Positions 18,342 through 28,265 of a stretch of 60,246 nt of DNA are shown piece by piece (within the stretch, counting starts at the first letter, position 1; each line of letters starts with the position of its first letter). Below the pieces are notes generated by a model. The model was not told the DNA's origin and did not search any database. It was given only the letters and a program-made list of their open reading frames with translations. The translations under genes were made by a program, and so were the position numbers. The DNA lies in NCBI GenBank assembly GCA_964448115.1, contig CAYUVA010000026.1:1-60246 (forward strand). Direction: 5' to 3'. Origin of the DNA: an uncultured bacterium. Lineage in GTDB: Bacteria > CAYUVA01.

Positions 18342-19774
18342 GCCATAAAGGAGGATCTCATAAAAACAAGGTTATTTTTCTGACAGGCTTGTCCTTTTTC
18401 TCTTTCCTGATGGATCTGGCAGCCTTTCACCTGTCATATCTGGCAAGCCATATTTTAAGCCAAGCAGCGAATAGTGCAGAACTGGCAGGCTCTGAAATAC
18501 AATCCCGTCCTGCACTGATAGGCTCAAGTAGCCTTCTTGAATACCTGGTCTATATTATTTTGTTTGCAGTATCGATGGTGCTCTCTGGCATATATCGCAA
18601 TCCGTTGAGCGCTAGCGAGAACTTCCAAGCCAAGGCTGCAATGAAGGGAGTATCGCTGTATGGTGCTTTGTTGATACTGCTAAACCTTTTTCGCTATCAT
18701 GCTAGTTGGTCTGGGCTTATCGCGCTGTGTGGATTCCTGCTCATAGCTGTTCCGCTGGATAAGCTCATCATCGATGATATCAAGCGGTTGGCTCTCAAGA
18801 AAAATGTGGGTCGCATTTTTGTGGCTGTCTGCGAGAGCCTGCCAAGGCTCTGCCAGGCAATCGACAGCCATAAGCAGGGGGTCTATGCGGTGAAGGCATG
18901 TTTCATCGAGCAACCGGTAGTCAAAATCTCCGCCTCCTACCCGGTTCTGCCCCTGGAAGGGCTCAAGCATTGGCTCGAACATAATAGGGTGGACCTGGTC
19001 TGCCTGCCCTGGAATGTCTCTGATAATATAAGGGGTATAGCCCTTGAGGCATGTAAAAGCGCTGGGTTACCGCTAAAAAGGCTTTATGAAGCCAAGAAGG
19101 TAAATATCGGGGACTCGCTGGTGCACCATATCTTGGGCGAGACGCTCTGGAGCAATGCGGGTGAGCCAGCGAAATGGAAGCTATTGGTCAAAAGAAGTAT
19201 TGATCTGCTGATCTCAAGTATCGCCCTGGTGGTTACAGCTCCGTTATTTATCATGATCTCTGTGGCTATTGCCTTGGAAAGCAGGGGTGGCGTATTTTTC
19301 CTGCAGGAGCGGGTAACCAAAGGTGGGCGGCGCTTTAAGATGATAAAATTCCGCTCCATGTACCCTGATGCCCAGCAACGGTTTGAGAGTTTGAGGATGA
19401 AGAGCGATGTCTCCGAGCCATTGTTCAAGCTGCGCAAAGATCCCCGTGTTACCAGGGTGGGCAGGCTATTAAGAAGGTTCAGCCTCGATGAGCTTCCCCA
19501 GTTGATAAATGTCTTTCTCGGTGATATTAGCTTAGTTGGTCCACGCCCCGGCTTGCCCGAAGAGGTTGAGAGATACCTTCCTTGGCAGCAAAGGAGACTA
19601 CAGGTCAAGGGGGGCTTGACCGGTCTTTGGCAGGTGAGCGGTCGCAGCGATCTCGATTTCGAGGAGATGGTGCTGCTCGATCTTTACTATATCGAGCACT
19701 TCAGCCTGCTGCTTGACTTCGAGATAATCGTGGAGACCGCACCGACTATCCTTACAGGAAGGGGTGCATACTGA
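18335..19774 (+). CDS. Polyprenyl-phosphate glycosylphosphotransferase (WcaJ/WbaP-like sugar transferase)
   Basis: KRSIDL, KFRSM, DPRVTRVGRLLRRFSLDELPQLINV, SLVGPRP, GLTGLWQVSGRS. Confidence 0.92.
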   Translation: MVSHKGGSHKNKVIFLTGLSFFSFLMDLAAFHLSYLASHILSQAANSAELAGSEIQSRPALIGSSSLLEYLVYIILFAVSMVLSGIYRNPLSASENFQAKAAMKGVSLYGALLILLNLFRYHASWSGLIALCGFLLIAVPLDKLIIDDIKRLALKKNVGRIFVAVCESLPRLCQAIDSHKQGVYAVKACFIEQPVVKISASYPVLPLEGLKHWLEHNRVDLVCLPWNVSDNIRGIALEACKSAGLPLKRLYEAKKVNIGDSLVHHILGETLWSNAGEPAKWKLLVKRSIDLLISSIALVVTAPLFIMISVAIALESRGGVFFLQERVTKGGRRFKMIKFRSMYPDAQQRFESLRMKSDVSEPLFKLRKDPRVTRVGRLLRRFSLDELPQLINVFLGDISLVGPRPGLPEEVERYLPWQQRRLQVKGGLTGLWQVSGRSDLDFEEMVLLDLYYIEHFSLLLDFEIIVETAPTILTGRGAY

Positions 19775-19824
19775 CTTGGAGATGATCATCTCCATATAAA
19801 ATGATGCTGCGCAATAGAGATAAC

Positions 19825-21279
19825 ATGAAGGTGCTCATGCTCAATCCCCCCTTCTTTCCTCGTTTCTCCAGGGAGCAGCGTTCCCCGGCAGTAACTAAGA
19901 GCGGCACCCTATACTACCCGATGTGGCTCGCTTATGCGACCGGTGTCCTGGAGTCGAACGGCTACCTCACAGCGCTGCTCGATGCGCCAGCAGAGGAGCT
20001 TGAGGCGAGGCAGGTGCTCGATTTGGTCTGCAAGTTCAAGCCCCGCCTTGTAGTGATGACAACCAGCACGCCCAGCATATACAGCGACTTGGCGCTGGTT
20101 ACTTCGATAAAAGACAAGCTCCCTGAGACTTTCCTAAGCGTGGTCGGTCCTCATGTCTCCGCGCTCCCCGAAGAAGCACTCACCCTGTGCCCCAAGCTCG
20201 ATGCGGTCGCTATCGGTGAATACGACTACACGATACTGGACCTGGCAAATCACCTGCGCGATGATGTAGAGCATTACTATATACCCGGCTTGGCTTCACG
20301 GATGGATGAGGAGATACGAATAAACGACCGCCGCGACCTGATCATGGATCTCGATTCCATACCATTCGTATCCAAGACCTATGCCAGGCACCTGAAGATA
20401 GACAATTACTTCTATGCGATCACTCGCCATCCAGAGATAGCCATCGTGAGCGGTAGAGGCTGCCCGCATCACTGCAATTACTGCGTGTATCCACAGACTA
20501 TGCATGGCAGACTGTACCGCTTCCGATCCCCTGAAAACCTGGTCGAGGAGCTTAAGTTTATCAAAGCCACCTTTCCTCAAATAAAAGAGGTGTTCTTCGA
20601 GGATGATACGCTTACGGTTGATAAAAAGCGCTGTCAGCAGATCTGTGAGTTGATGCTCAACGAGAAGCTCAAAATCACCTGGACCGCTAACAGCAGGGCG
20701 GATGTTGACCTTGAGACCCTCAAGCTGATGAAAGAGGCTGGTTGTCGCCTGCTCTGTGTGGGAGTCGAAAGCGGAGACCAGGAGATCCTCAACAACATAA
20801 ACAAAGGGCTGCAACTGGAAAGGATAGAGCAATTCTTCGATGATGCAAGGAAAGCCGGCATAATGATCCACGGGTGCTTCATGGCAGGTAATCGCGGCGA
20901 GACCAGGCAGACCCTGAGAAAGACGCTGAACTTCGCTTTGAGGCTTAAACCAGATACGGCTCAATTCTTTCCATTGATGGTCTATCCGGGCACCAGGGCA
21001 TACAAGTGGGCACAGGAAAATGGCTTCATAGGCACCAAGGATTTCTCCAAGTGGGTAACCGAGGATGGCTTGCACAATTGCGTGATCGAAACCCCTGAAT
21101 TGAGCGCCCGTCAACTAGTTCGTTTCTGCGATCATGCGCGCAGGCGATTTTATCTTCGTCCTGGATACATGCTTCACAAGGGATTGCAATCACTAAGAAG
21201 CAAAGACGAGCTTGCTCGAAACATTCGCAGTGCTAAGCGCCTGTTCAAGCACCTGCTCGGTATTGGTGGTGCTGGTTGA
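19825..21279 (+). CDS. B12-binding radical SAM protein (HpnJ/BchE-like class)
   Basis: N-terminal cobalamin-binding fold (YYPMWLAYA, VGPHVSALP), GRGCPHHCNYC CxxxCxxC motif, FEDDT, GVESG. Confidence 0.88.
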   Translation: MKVLMLNPPFFPRFSREQRSPAVTKSGTLYYPMWLAYATGVLESNGYLTALLDAPAEELEARQVLDLVCKFKPRLVVMTTSTPSIYSDLALVTSIKDKLPETFLSVVGPHVSALPEEALTLCPKLDAVAIGEYDYTILDLANHLRDDVEHYYIPGLASRMDEEIRINDRRDLIMDLDSIPFVSKTYARHLKIDNYFYAITRHPEIAIVSGRGCPHHCNYCVYPQTMHGRLYRFRSPENLVEELKFIKATFPQIKEVFFEDDTLTVDKKRCQQICELMLNEKLKITWTANSRADVDLETLKLMKEAGCRLLCVGVESGDQEILNNINKGLQLERIEQFFDDARKAGIMIHGCFMAGNRGETRQTLRKTLNFALRLKPDTAQFFPLMVYPGTRAYKWAQENGFIGTKDFSKWVTEDGLHNCVIETPELSARQLVRFCDHARRRFYLRPGYMLHKGLQSLRSKDELARNIRSAKRLFKHLLGIGGAG

Positions 21280-21284
21280 ACTAT

Positions 21285-22517
21285 CTAGCTAGCTTTTTTA
21301 TAGATGATCTGCGGTTTGGCGCCCTGGGTGATAACCTCCTGGTTGATGATGCATTCCTTGATGTTCTTGTTGGCGGGTAGTTCGTACATCAGGTCGAGCA
21401 TCAGGTTTTCTAGTATGGAACGCAAGCCCCTGGCTCCGGATTTCTTGGACATGGAGAGCCTAGCGATGCTGCGATACGCACCCTCTGTGAAGCAAAGATC
21501 GATCCCCTCCATCTCGAATAGCTTCTGATACTGCTTGACCAGCGCATTCTTTGGGGAGGTGAGTATGGTAACCAGGTCATCCTCGCCCAGGTCATCAAGG
21601 GTCGCCACCACGGGGAATCTGCCGATGAATTCGGGGATGAGTCCGAACTTGAGTAGGTCATCGGTGGTTACATGGGTGAGCACTTCCCCGTAGCTGAGTT
21701 GATTTTTCGACTGTATGTCAGCGCCGAACCCGAGGCTCTTTTTTCGGATCCTGGAGGTTATCAATGGCTCTATGCCAGAAAATGAGCCGCCAGCGATAAA
21801 TAGTATATTCCTGGTCTCCACCGGTATGGTCTCCTGCTGGGGATGTTTCCTGCCCCCCTTGGGTGGTACATTTGCAATATAGCCCTCAACGATCTTGAGC
21901 AGCGCTTGCTGAACTCCCTCGCCGGAGACATCCCTGGTGATGCTCATATTCTCGCCCTTGCGCGCTATTTTATCTATCTCATCGATGTAGATTATGCCGA
22001 TTTCCGCCCTGGGGATATCGAACTGAGCGGCATAAAGCAGCTTGAGGATTATGTTCTCCACATCCTCGCCCACATAGCCAGCCTCGGTGAGGGTAGTAGC
22101 ATCTGCAATGGCAAAGGGGACATCGAGGATGCGCGCCAATGTCTGGGCTAGCAGCGTCTTGCCGACTCCCGTGGGACCCATAAGCAGGATGTTGCTCTTG
22201 TCAAGCTCCACATCATCTATATTTCCGTTATGCTGGATGCGCTTATAGTGATTATAGACCGCAACGCTCAGTATCTTTTTCGCTCTCTCCTGCCCGACCA
22301 CGTATTCATCGAGCTTGTTTTTTATGTCATGTGGTTTGGGGAGTCTGCCCATAGGTAGATCCAGTGGGGCGCTTTTTTCCTCCATCACCATGACCTCGTG
22401 GCACATATCCACGCAGAAATTGCATATATGAACGCCGTGTCCGGGGAACAGCTTTCGTACTTCCAGGTGGCTTCTTCCACAGAAGGAGCAATATATCATC
22501 CTGTCGTTTTGTCTCAT
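21285..22517 (-). CDS. clpX: ATP-dependent Clp protease ATP-binding subunit ClpX
   Basis: CSFCG..CNFC zinc finger, [45 protein letters not shown]. Confidence 0.97.
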   Translation of the reverse strand: MRQNDRMIYCSFCGRSHLEVRKLFPGHGVHICNFCVDMCHEVMVMEEKSAPLDLPMGRLPKPHDIKNKLDEYVVGQERAKKILSVAVYNHYKRIQHNGNIDDVELDKSNILLMGPTGVGKTLLAQTLARILDVPFAIADATTLTEAGYVGEDVENIILKLLYAAQFDIPRAEIGIIYIDEIDKIARKGENMSITRDVSGEGVQQALLKIVEGYIANVPPKGGRKHPQQETIPVETRNILFIAGGSFSGIEPLITSRIRKKSLGFGADIQSKNQLSYGEVLTHVTTDDLLKFGLIPEFIGRFPVVATLDDLGEDDLVTILTSPKNALVKQYQKLFEMEGIDLCFTEGAYRSIARLSMSKKSGARGLRSILENLMLDLMYELPANKNIKECIINQEVITQGAKPQIIYKKAS

Positions 22518-22602
22518 CTATGTCTTTCCTTGGCTTTTTGTATGTTCCTGTAACTTAGAACCAGATACTTTAATAATAGTTCCCAGAGGCTTTTTCAAAT
22601 CG

Positions 22603-23409
22603 TTACTTCATTTTTTTATAAGCCAGAATAAACAGCGCATAACCTTTCGTAAAGCGAAGAAGCAGATCAAATGCTGCGATCGCACGACTCAGCGGGTAAA
22701 TAGCACTGTACAACTTGAATAGCTTCTCATAGCGTTGCATCTCCTGCTCGGAGCCGATGGTTATTGCTCCATCTCGCCTGGCTTCCAAAGATTTACTCCT
22801 TCTTGACTTGTGTACATAGAATAGGTTGATGGCTGTCTCAATCGCCTCGGTGAAGAAGCGGGAATAGGAGATACTCATATATACCTCGAAGCCAGCCTTG
22901 ATAAGCATCCCCTTTAGTTTCTCCTCAGAATAGCCCTCACGCAGGTGTCCATACTTATCTAAGGTCAATCCGAGCTTCGGCTTGAGTTTGTTAAGTACAA
23001 GCCCCTTGGCACTTCTCGGGGTAGAGATGATGAGCCAACCGCCGGGCTTGATGATGCGATGCAGCTCCGCTAACCCATAAGCATCATCCTCGATATGCTC
23101 CAAGAAATCGAGCGAAACCGCGCCATCCAGACTCTGATCAGCAAAAGGGAAGCGGTTCGGCTCCACCTGGACAACATTCTTCTCCACCAGCTTGAGCGTC
23201 TCAGTCAGGTTAGCGATATCGAGGTCGCAATGCGCCCATTCACCGCCTTGGCTCTTCATCAGGTAGGATATAACTCCCTTGGCGCAGCCGAGATCAAGGT
23301 AAACTCCATCATCCTCAACCGGCAAGTGTTGCTCGATTAGTTTCCACTTCTGCTTTTTCTTGAGGCTCTTATTAAAAAGCCTCAGCGGCCAGGGCGTCTT
23401 CTCGTCCAT
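22603..23409 (-). CDS. Class I SAM-dependent methyltransferase
   Basis: YLDLGCAKG, FPFADQSLD, FLEHIEDD, RIIKPGG. Confidence 0.85.
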   Translation of the reverse strand: MDEKTPWPLRLFNKSLKKKQKWKLIEQHLPVEDDGVYLDLGCAKGVISYLMKSQGGEWAHCDLDIANLTETLKLVEKNVVQVEPNRFPFADQSLDGAVSLDFLEHIEDDAYGLAELHRIIKPGGWLIISTPRSAKGLVLNKLKPKLGLTLDKYGHLREGYSEEKLKGMLIKAGFEVYMSISYSRFFTEAIETAINLFYVHKSRRSKSLEARRDGAITIGSEQEMQRYEKLFKLYSAIYPLSRAIAAFDLLLRFTKGYALFILAYKKMK

Positions 23410-23596
23410 ATCGCAAATGTTATCAGCTAATCCGTATTCAAGGCAAATGCTAAGGCAGCATAGCCGCAACCAATAACCCCTGTCATCCCGAGTTCCTCAT
23501 TGGCTTGCGCCAGTGGGTAACTCGAGAAGAGGGCAAGCATTATATAACTCAATGGTCGCAGTCGTTTACCTGTGATATTATGCAATAGTGGCAGCC

Positions 23597-25423
23597 ATGA
23601 AAGATTTGCTCGAAAAAAAGGTACCTGCATTACCTGAGTTACCTGGAGTGTATCAGTTCAAAGATGCCATGGGGAATATTATCTATGTTGGAAAGGCAAA
23701 ATCTCTAAGGCATCGGGTGCGCTCCTACTTCGGCTCACTGCCCAATGGTTATCCCAAGCTCTATAAACTTGTCGAAGAGATTGCAGACCTCGACTACATC
23801 GTTACCGAGAACGAGCTAGAGGCGATAATCCTCGAATCAAACCTGATTAAGCATCTTAAACCCAAGTACAATGTAGATATTAAGGATGACAAGAACTTTC
23901 CTTATCTCAAGATAGACCGCAGCATCCCATTCCCCCGCCTTCAGATCGTCAGGAAGGTGCTTGCGGATTCGAGCCTATATTTCGGTCCCTTTGTGCCAGC
24001 TAAGGCGCTGCGAGGTACGCTTTCATTGCTACAGAAGCATTTTCCGCTGCGGGTTTGTAAACGCGATCTGAGCAAGATCCATCAACGACCTTGTCTTAAC
24101 TTCCAGATAAATAAATGCCTTGCTCCATGCGTCAGGAATATAGATCAGCAGCGATATGAGGAGCTTCTTAGGAATGTCATACTCTTCCTATCCGGCAAGA
24201 AGGATATACTGGTCGATGGGTTGAGAGACAAGATGCGAAGGCTGGCTGATGAACTAAGGTTTGAGGAGGCAGCCCTGATCAGAGATCAGATACAGGCAAT
24301 CGAGTTGATCATGGAACGACAGGAGATGATCTCGGTGAAGCTGGAGAACCAGGATATCATAGCCAGTGAGCTGGAGAATAACCGCGCAGTAGTCCAGGTC
24401 TTCCATGTAAGGCAAGGCAAACTTATCGGGAGATCCATACATGTAATAAAAGATACCCAAGGACAACCAGAGGTCGAGATTCTGAGTGATTTCATTAAAC
24501 AATTTTATGCCTCGGATACCCTAATTCCTCCAGAGATCCTGCTTCAGCAGGAGGTGGAGGATCAGGAGCTACTAAGCGAATGGCTCAGCCGAAAAAGAGG
24601 CTCCAAGGTGAGGATGCATGTGCCTCAGCGCGGCAGGAAAGCTAAGCTTCTCGACCTGGTTAGCGAGAATATCAAGGAGGCGCTGCGTTTGCATATTCTG
24701 CAGGATGAAAGAAACATGCAACAACAATCGATGCTTGCCCGGATATTCGGCTTGGAAAAACCGCCAGGGAGGATAGAATGCTTCGATATCTCGACGCTGG
24801 CGGGAAGCTATTCCGTAGGCTCAATGGTCGTGTGGAAACAGGGGAAATTAGTGCCCTCGGAGTATCGCCGCTTCAAGATTGAGACCGTCCAGGGGGTCGA
24901 TGACTACAAGATGATGTCCGAGGTGGTCAAGCGCAGGTTTACCGGTTCGCTGGCAGATAAAACCCCGATACCGGACCTGATATTACTAGATGGCGGTAAA
25001 GGACAATTGAATGTTGCAGTAAGGGCACTTTGCGATAACAACATCGATAATATAAAGCTCGCTGCAATCGCCAAGGGGGAAGATAATGATCTTATCTATC
25101 TGCCGGGGAGAAAAAATCCACTGAACCTCAGGAAAGATAATCCGGCACTGTCGTTGCTACAGAAAATAAGGGATGAATCTCATAGGTTCGCCATCGAATA
25201 CAACCGTAGCCTGCGTAAGAAGGCTACCACCCGCTCCATTCTTGATGAGATTCCCGGGCTTGGTCCCACTATAAAGAAAAGACTACTGAACCAACTCGGC
25301 AGCCTTAAGGCGATAAGGGAGGCTGATCCGCAAGCCCTGGCACAGATAAAAGGTGTAAGCAGAAAACTAGCCCAAACCATATATGATTTCTTCAGAGCAA
25401 TTCACCAAGAACCGCTTGAATAG
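23597..25423 (+). CDS. uvrC: Excinuclease ABC subunit C
   Basis: GIY-YIG PGVYQF..IIYVGKAK, RIECFDIS, LDGGKGQ, RDESHRFA, HhH motifs. Confidence 0.97.
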   Translation: MKDLLEKKVPALPELPGVYQFKDAMGNIIYVGKAKSLRHRVRSYFGSLPNGYPKLYKLVEEIADLDYIVTENELEAIILESNLIKHLKPKYNVDIKDDKNFPYLKIDRSIPFPRLQIVRKVLADSSLYFGPFVPAKALRGTLSLLQKHFPLRVCKRDLSKIHQRPCLNFQINKCLAPCVRNIDQQRYEELLRNVILFLSGKKDILVDGLRDKMRRLADELRFEEAALIRDQIQAIELIMERQEMISVKLENQDIIASELENNRAVVQVFHVRQGKLIGRSIHVIKDTQGQPEVEILSDFIKQFYASDTLIPPEILLQQEVEDQELLSEWLSRKRGSKVRMHVPQRGRKAKLLDLVSENIKEALRLHILQDERNMQQQSMLARIFGLEKPPGRIECFDISTLAGSYSVGSMVVWKQGKLVPSEYRRFKIETVQGVDDYKMMSEVVKRRFTGSLADKTPIPDLILLDGGKGQLNVAVRALCDNNIDNIKLAAIAKGEDNDLIYLPGRKNPLNLRKDNPALSLLQKIRDESHRFAIEYNRSLRKKATTRSILDEIPGLGPTIKKRLLNQLGSLKAIREADPQALAQIKGVSRKLAQTIYDFFRAIHQEPLE

Positions 25424-25474
25424 ATGGCAACCATAGGGTAAGTTTAATCAAGATAACTAAAGGAGATAAAAAAA

Positions 25475-25744
25475 ATGAGCCAAATCAAGATCGAAAAACC
25501 GACAAAGGAAAAATTAAAAGAGCTAGGAGTTGAAAACTGGTGCCCCTGGCAGTGCGAACCATCAACCTTCGACTGGGAATATGCCGATACCGAGATAGCC
25601 TATATTATCGAGGGGAGCGTAGATGTTGAGACAGACCAGGGCATGGTTAGCATCGCAGCAGGAGACCTGGTAACCTTCCCGGCAGGGCTAAAGTGCGTTT
25701 GGCATGTGAAAAAGCCAATCAGAAAGGTCTATACCTTCCAGTGA
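25475..25744 (+). CDS. Small cupin (DUF861-like)
   Basis: WQCEPSTFDWEY...GDLVTFPAGLKCVWHV; AAGGAG RBS. Confidence 0.85.
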   Translation: MSQIKIEKPTKEKLKELGVENWCPWQCEPSTFDWEYADTEIAYIIEGSVDVETDQGMVSIAAGDLVTFPAGLKCVWHVKKPIRKVYTFQ

Positions 25745-25762
25745 TAAATACCTATCGTTAAC

Positions 25763-26890
25763 ATGCGTTTGCTCCCATGCAACAAGATAAGTTCGGGCAT
25801 TGCGATTATTTTGCTCATATTACTGGGATCAACCTTATCCTCTAATGCAGAGCGCATAACTATAAGAAGCACTACCCAGGGGAAATCATTTGAGGTAGAA
25901 TACAGGCTCATCAATGGAAAAAAGTTTATCAAGCTCGATGATATCACTGACTTTTTATCCTTATCCTACGAGAAATACCCCTTCTCTAACCGAGTGCACC
26001 TTAGCGGTGAGAACATAAGGATTGTCATCCTCCCCAATGAGACCATTGCGATAAGTGGACAAGATGTCATTCACCTGCCGGATCCTTTTGTATTGATAGA
26101 TGGCAATCTGTATGTAACCATGGATACAATGAAAAGGATCACGCAAAGCTCACCAAGGCAGTATAAGTTGGATTATCTTAAACAAAACCAAGAGCCTAAC
26201 ATGAACGAAAAAGTCCCTCCCCATGGGCTAGAGCCTGGAGACAAGTTTTTTCGAGAGCCAACTGCCGGTGTCCGAGTGATCGCAATCGATGCAGGTCATT
26301 CACATACTAATCCAGGAATCCTCGCTGCTGATGGCTCAAGGGAGAATGAAATAAACTATCAGCTAGCAATACTGTTAAAGGAAGTATTAGTAAACAGATA
26401 CGGATTCCTGGTCGAGTTAATAGGCGAAAAAGATAATGAACTTAACCAACTACAACGAATTGAAGCTGCCAATCGACTCAAGGCAGATGTTTATATCAGC
26501 ATCCACCAAGCCTTCAGATGCCCTCAATCACGCAACTTGTACATATATTATTACCAAGATGAGACCGGGCGCTCTCAAGACCTTTCGCCATGGGAGCAAA
26601 GCTCCCTTGAATACAAAGAGAGCAGCCGACTCTTGGCTTATAGCATTGCCGAAGCACTTGAATACAGCGAATTGAGCAGGGAAACCAAAGTACAGGGAAG
26701 GCAGCTTATCATCCTGGAAGGACTAGCCATGCCAGGAGTAGTTGTCGAGCTTCTCTGCTTGAATCAACCAGATGACCTAAAATTGATAAAAGACAAAACG
26801 AAACTTCAGCATCTTGCTGAGATACTTGCTAATGGCATTTACAGCTTCAGAAAGGACTTCGAGGAGCTGATGCGCGTCCAAGACAGGTAG
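25763..26890 (+). CDS. N-acetylmuramoyl-L-alanine amidase (Amidase_3)
   Basis: Signal peptide; IAIDAGH, E, YISIH and VVVE zinc/catalytic motifs. Confidence 0.8.
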   Translation: MRLLPCNKISSGIAIILLILLGSTLSSNAERITIRSTTQGKSFEVEYRLINGKKFIKLDDITDFLSLSYEKYPFSNRVHLSGENIRIVILPNETIAISGQDVIHLPDPFVLIDGNLYVTMDTMKRITQSSPRQYKLDYLKQNQEPNMNEKVPPHGLEPGDKFFREPTAGVRVIAIDAGHSHTNPGILAADGSRENEINYQLAILLKEVLVNRYGFLVELIGEKDNELNQLQRIEAANRLKADVYISIHQAFRCPQSRNLYIYYYQDETGRSQDLSPWEQSSLEYKESSRLLAYSIAEALEYSELSRETKVQGRQLIILEGLAMPGVVVELLCLNQPDDLKLIKDKTKLQHLAEILANGIYSFRKDFEELMRVQDR

Positions 26891-26893
26891 GCA

Positions 26894-27511
26894 ATGACAA
26901 AAGAAAAGGAGATAAAGGTCGGTTGCATATTGATTCCCTTCATAGTCTTCGTGTTTGTTTTAAGCCTGGTCGTGTCATTATGGATCTTCGGCTTCTTTGA
27001 GAAAGGAGCCAAGGAAATGGTAGTGAACATCGAGAAAAAACTGGCTGAATTGAGCCCGGCTCGCCAGAAGGTCGCCATCTTTTTGATTGATGAGAATGAA
27101 ATGATCTTAAGGGCAGAAGCCATGACCATACCAGAGGAACCTAGAATTACAGAGTCTATTCGCAGAATATGCGAACTTTTAATACCAGATAATAAAAATA
27201 GCGCACTTAAAAGCCCCATCTCACCGGGTACAGAGCTACTCAACTGCTTTGTCGATGATCGAGAAAACCTTTATCTCTACTTTGAGAAACCGCTATTCGA
27301 GCCTTCAGAAGCGGACATACAATGTGAGATCTTAGCCAGGGATGCGCTGCTAGCAACCATGTTTGCCAACTTTCGCGATCTCAAGAACATCCAGTTGATA
27401 TTTGACCAACCACCCATGGGGCATCTTAAGTGGGAATTGAAGTTTACACCAAAGGTAGTGGAAAAAATAATCAAGGATAACATCTCTGGGGGGTTCAATG
27501 AGGAAGGATAA
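26894..27511 (+). CDS. GerMN-like domain membrane-anchored protein
   Basis: N-terminal TM helix; SPISPGTELL...LLATMFANF...VQL-like pattern; amidase-GerMN-rph context. Confidence 0.6.
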   Translation: MTKEKEIKVGCILIPFIVFVFVLSLVVSLWIFGFFEKGAKEMVVNIEKKLAELSPARQKVAIFLIDENEMILRAEAMTIPEEPRITESIRRICELLIPDNKNSALKSPISPGTELLNCFVDDRENLYLYFEKPLFEPSEADIQCEILARDALLATMFANFRDLKNIQLIFDQPPMGHLKWELKFTPKVVEKIIKDNISGGFNEEG

Positions 27512-28238
27512 CCGAGATAATAACCAGATCCGTAAAGTGAAAATAACAAAAGACTACCTTTTTAATCCTGAAGGCTCTGCCTTGATCGAGATTGGTAATA
27601 CGCGAGTAATCTGCGCTGCTACCCTCGAAGAGGGAGTGCCATCTTTTTGCGAGAACGAACAACAAGGGTGGATCACAGCCGAATACGGTATGCTCCCCCG
27701 CTCTACTGATCAAAGAATGAGAAGGGAGGCTTCAAGTGGAAAACAGGGCGGACGCACCATGGAGATACAAAGACTCATTGGGAGAGCGCTAAGAGCCGCC
27801 GTTGACCTGGAGCAGCTTTATGGATGGACTATCAAGATAGACTGCGATGTTATCGATGCCGATGGAGGAACAAGGTGCGCATCGATCAGCGGAGCCTTTG
27901 TTGCACTGATTGGCGCCCTGAAGGTGCTCAGCTATCGAATGGAGACAAACTTCAGACCGCTAAAAAATTATATCGCAGCCATTAGCCTCGGCATCGTTGA
28001 TAACGAGATGATGCTTGATTTGGCTTACGATGAGGACTCCAGGGCAGATGTGGACATGAATGTGGTAATGAACGACAGCGGACAGTTCATCGAGGTTCAG
28101 CTTACCGGGGAGCGAAAAACTGTAAGCTCCAAACAGATCACACAGCTTCTTGAGCTAGCCGCCGACGGCTGCAAACAGTTATTCCCCATCCAAAGAAAAG
28201 CAGTACAGGATGATATCCAAGCCTGCGGTTTGATATAA
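27498..28238 (+). CDS. rph: Ribonuclease PH
   Basis: GWITAEYGMLPRST, GRTMEIQRLIGRALR, DADGGTRCASISG, DMNVVM. Confidence 0.97.
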   Translation: MRKDNRDNNQIRKVKITKDYLFNPEGSALIEIGNTRVICAATLEEGVPSFCENEQQGWITAEYGMLPRSTDQRMRREASSGKQGGRTMEIQRLIGRALRAAVDLEQLYGWTIKIDCDVIDADGGTRCASISGAFVALIGALKVLSYRMETNFRPLKNYIAAISLGIVDNEMMLDLAYDEDSRADVDMNVVMNDSGQFIEVQLTGERKTVSSKQITQLLELAADGCKQLFPIQRKAVQDDIQACGLI

Positions 28239-28265
28239 CGATCAGCAACGGACAAAATCCGAACC

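Noticed and set aside
20296-21114. Long antisense ORF (272 aa) and similar shadow ORFs (e.g. 5070-5747, 28941-29501, 29681-30244)
   Set aside because: They lie wholly opposite well-supported genes and lack motifs; such shadows are expected from codon bias.
25763-28238. murI and rdgB missing from the amidase-GerMN-rph cluster; clpP not beside clpX
   Set aside because: Ordinary gene-order variation that cannot be judged without the rest of the genome.
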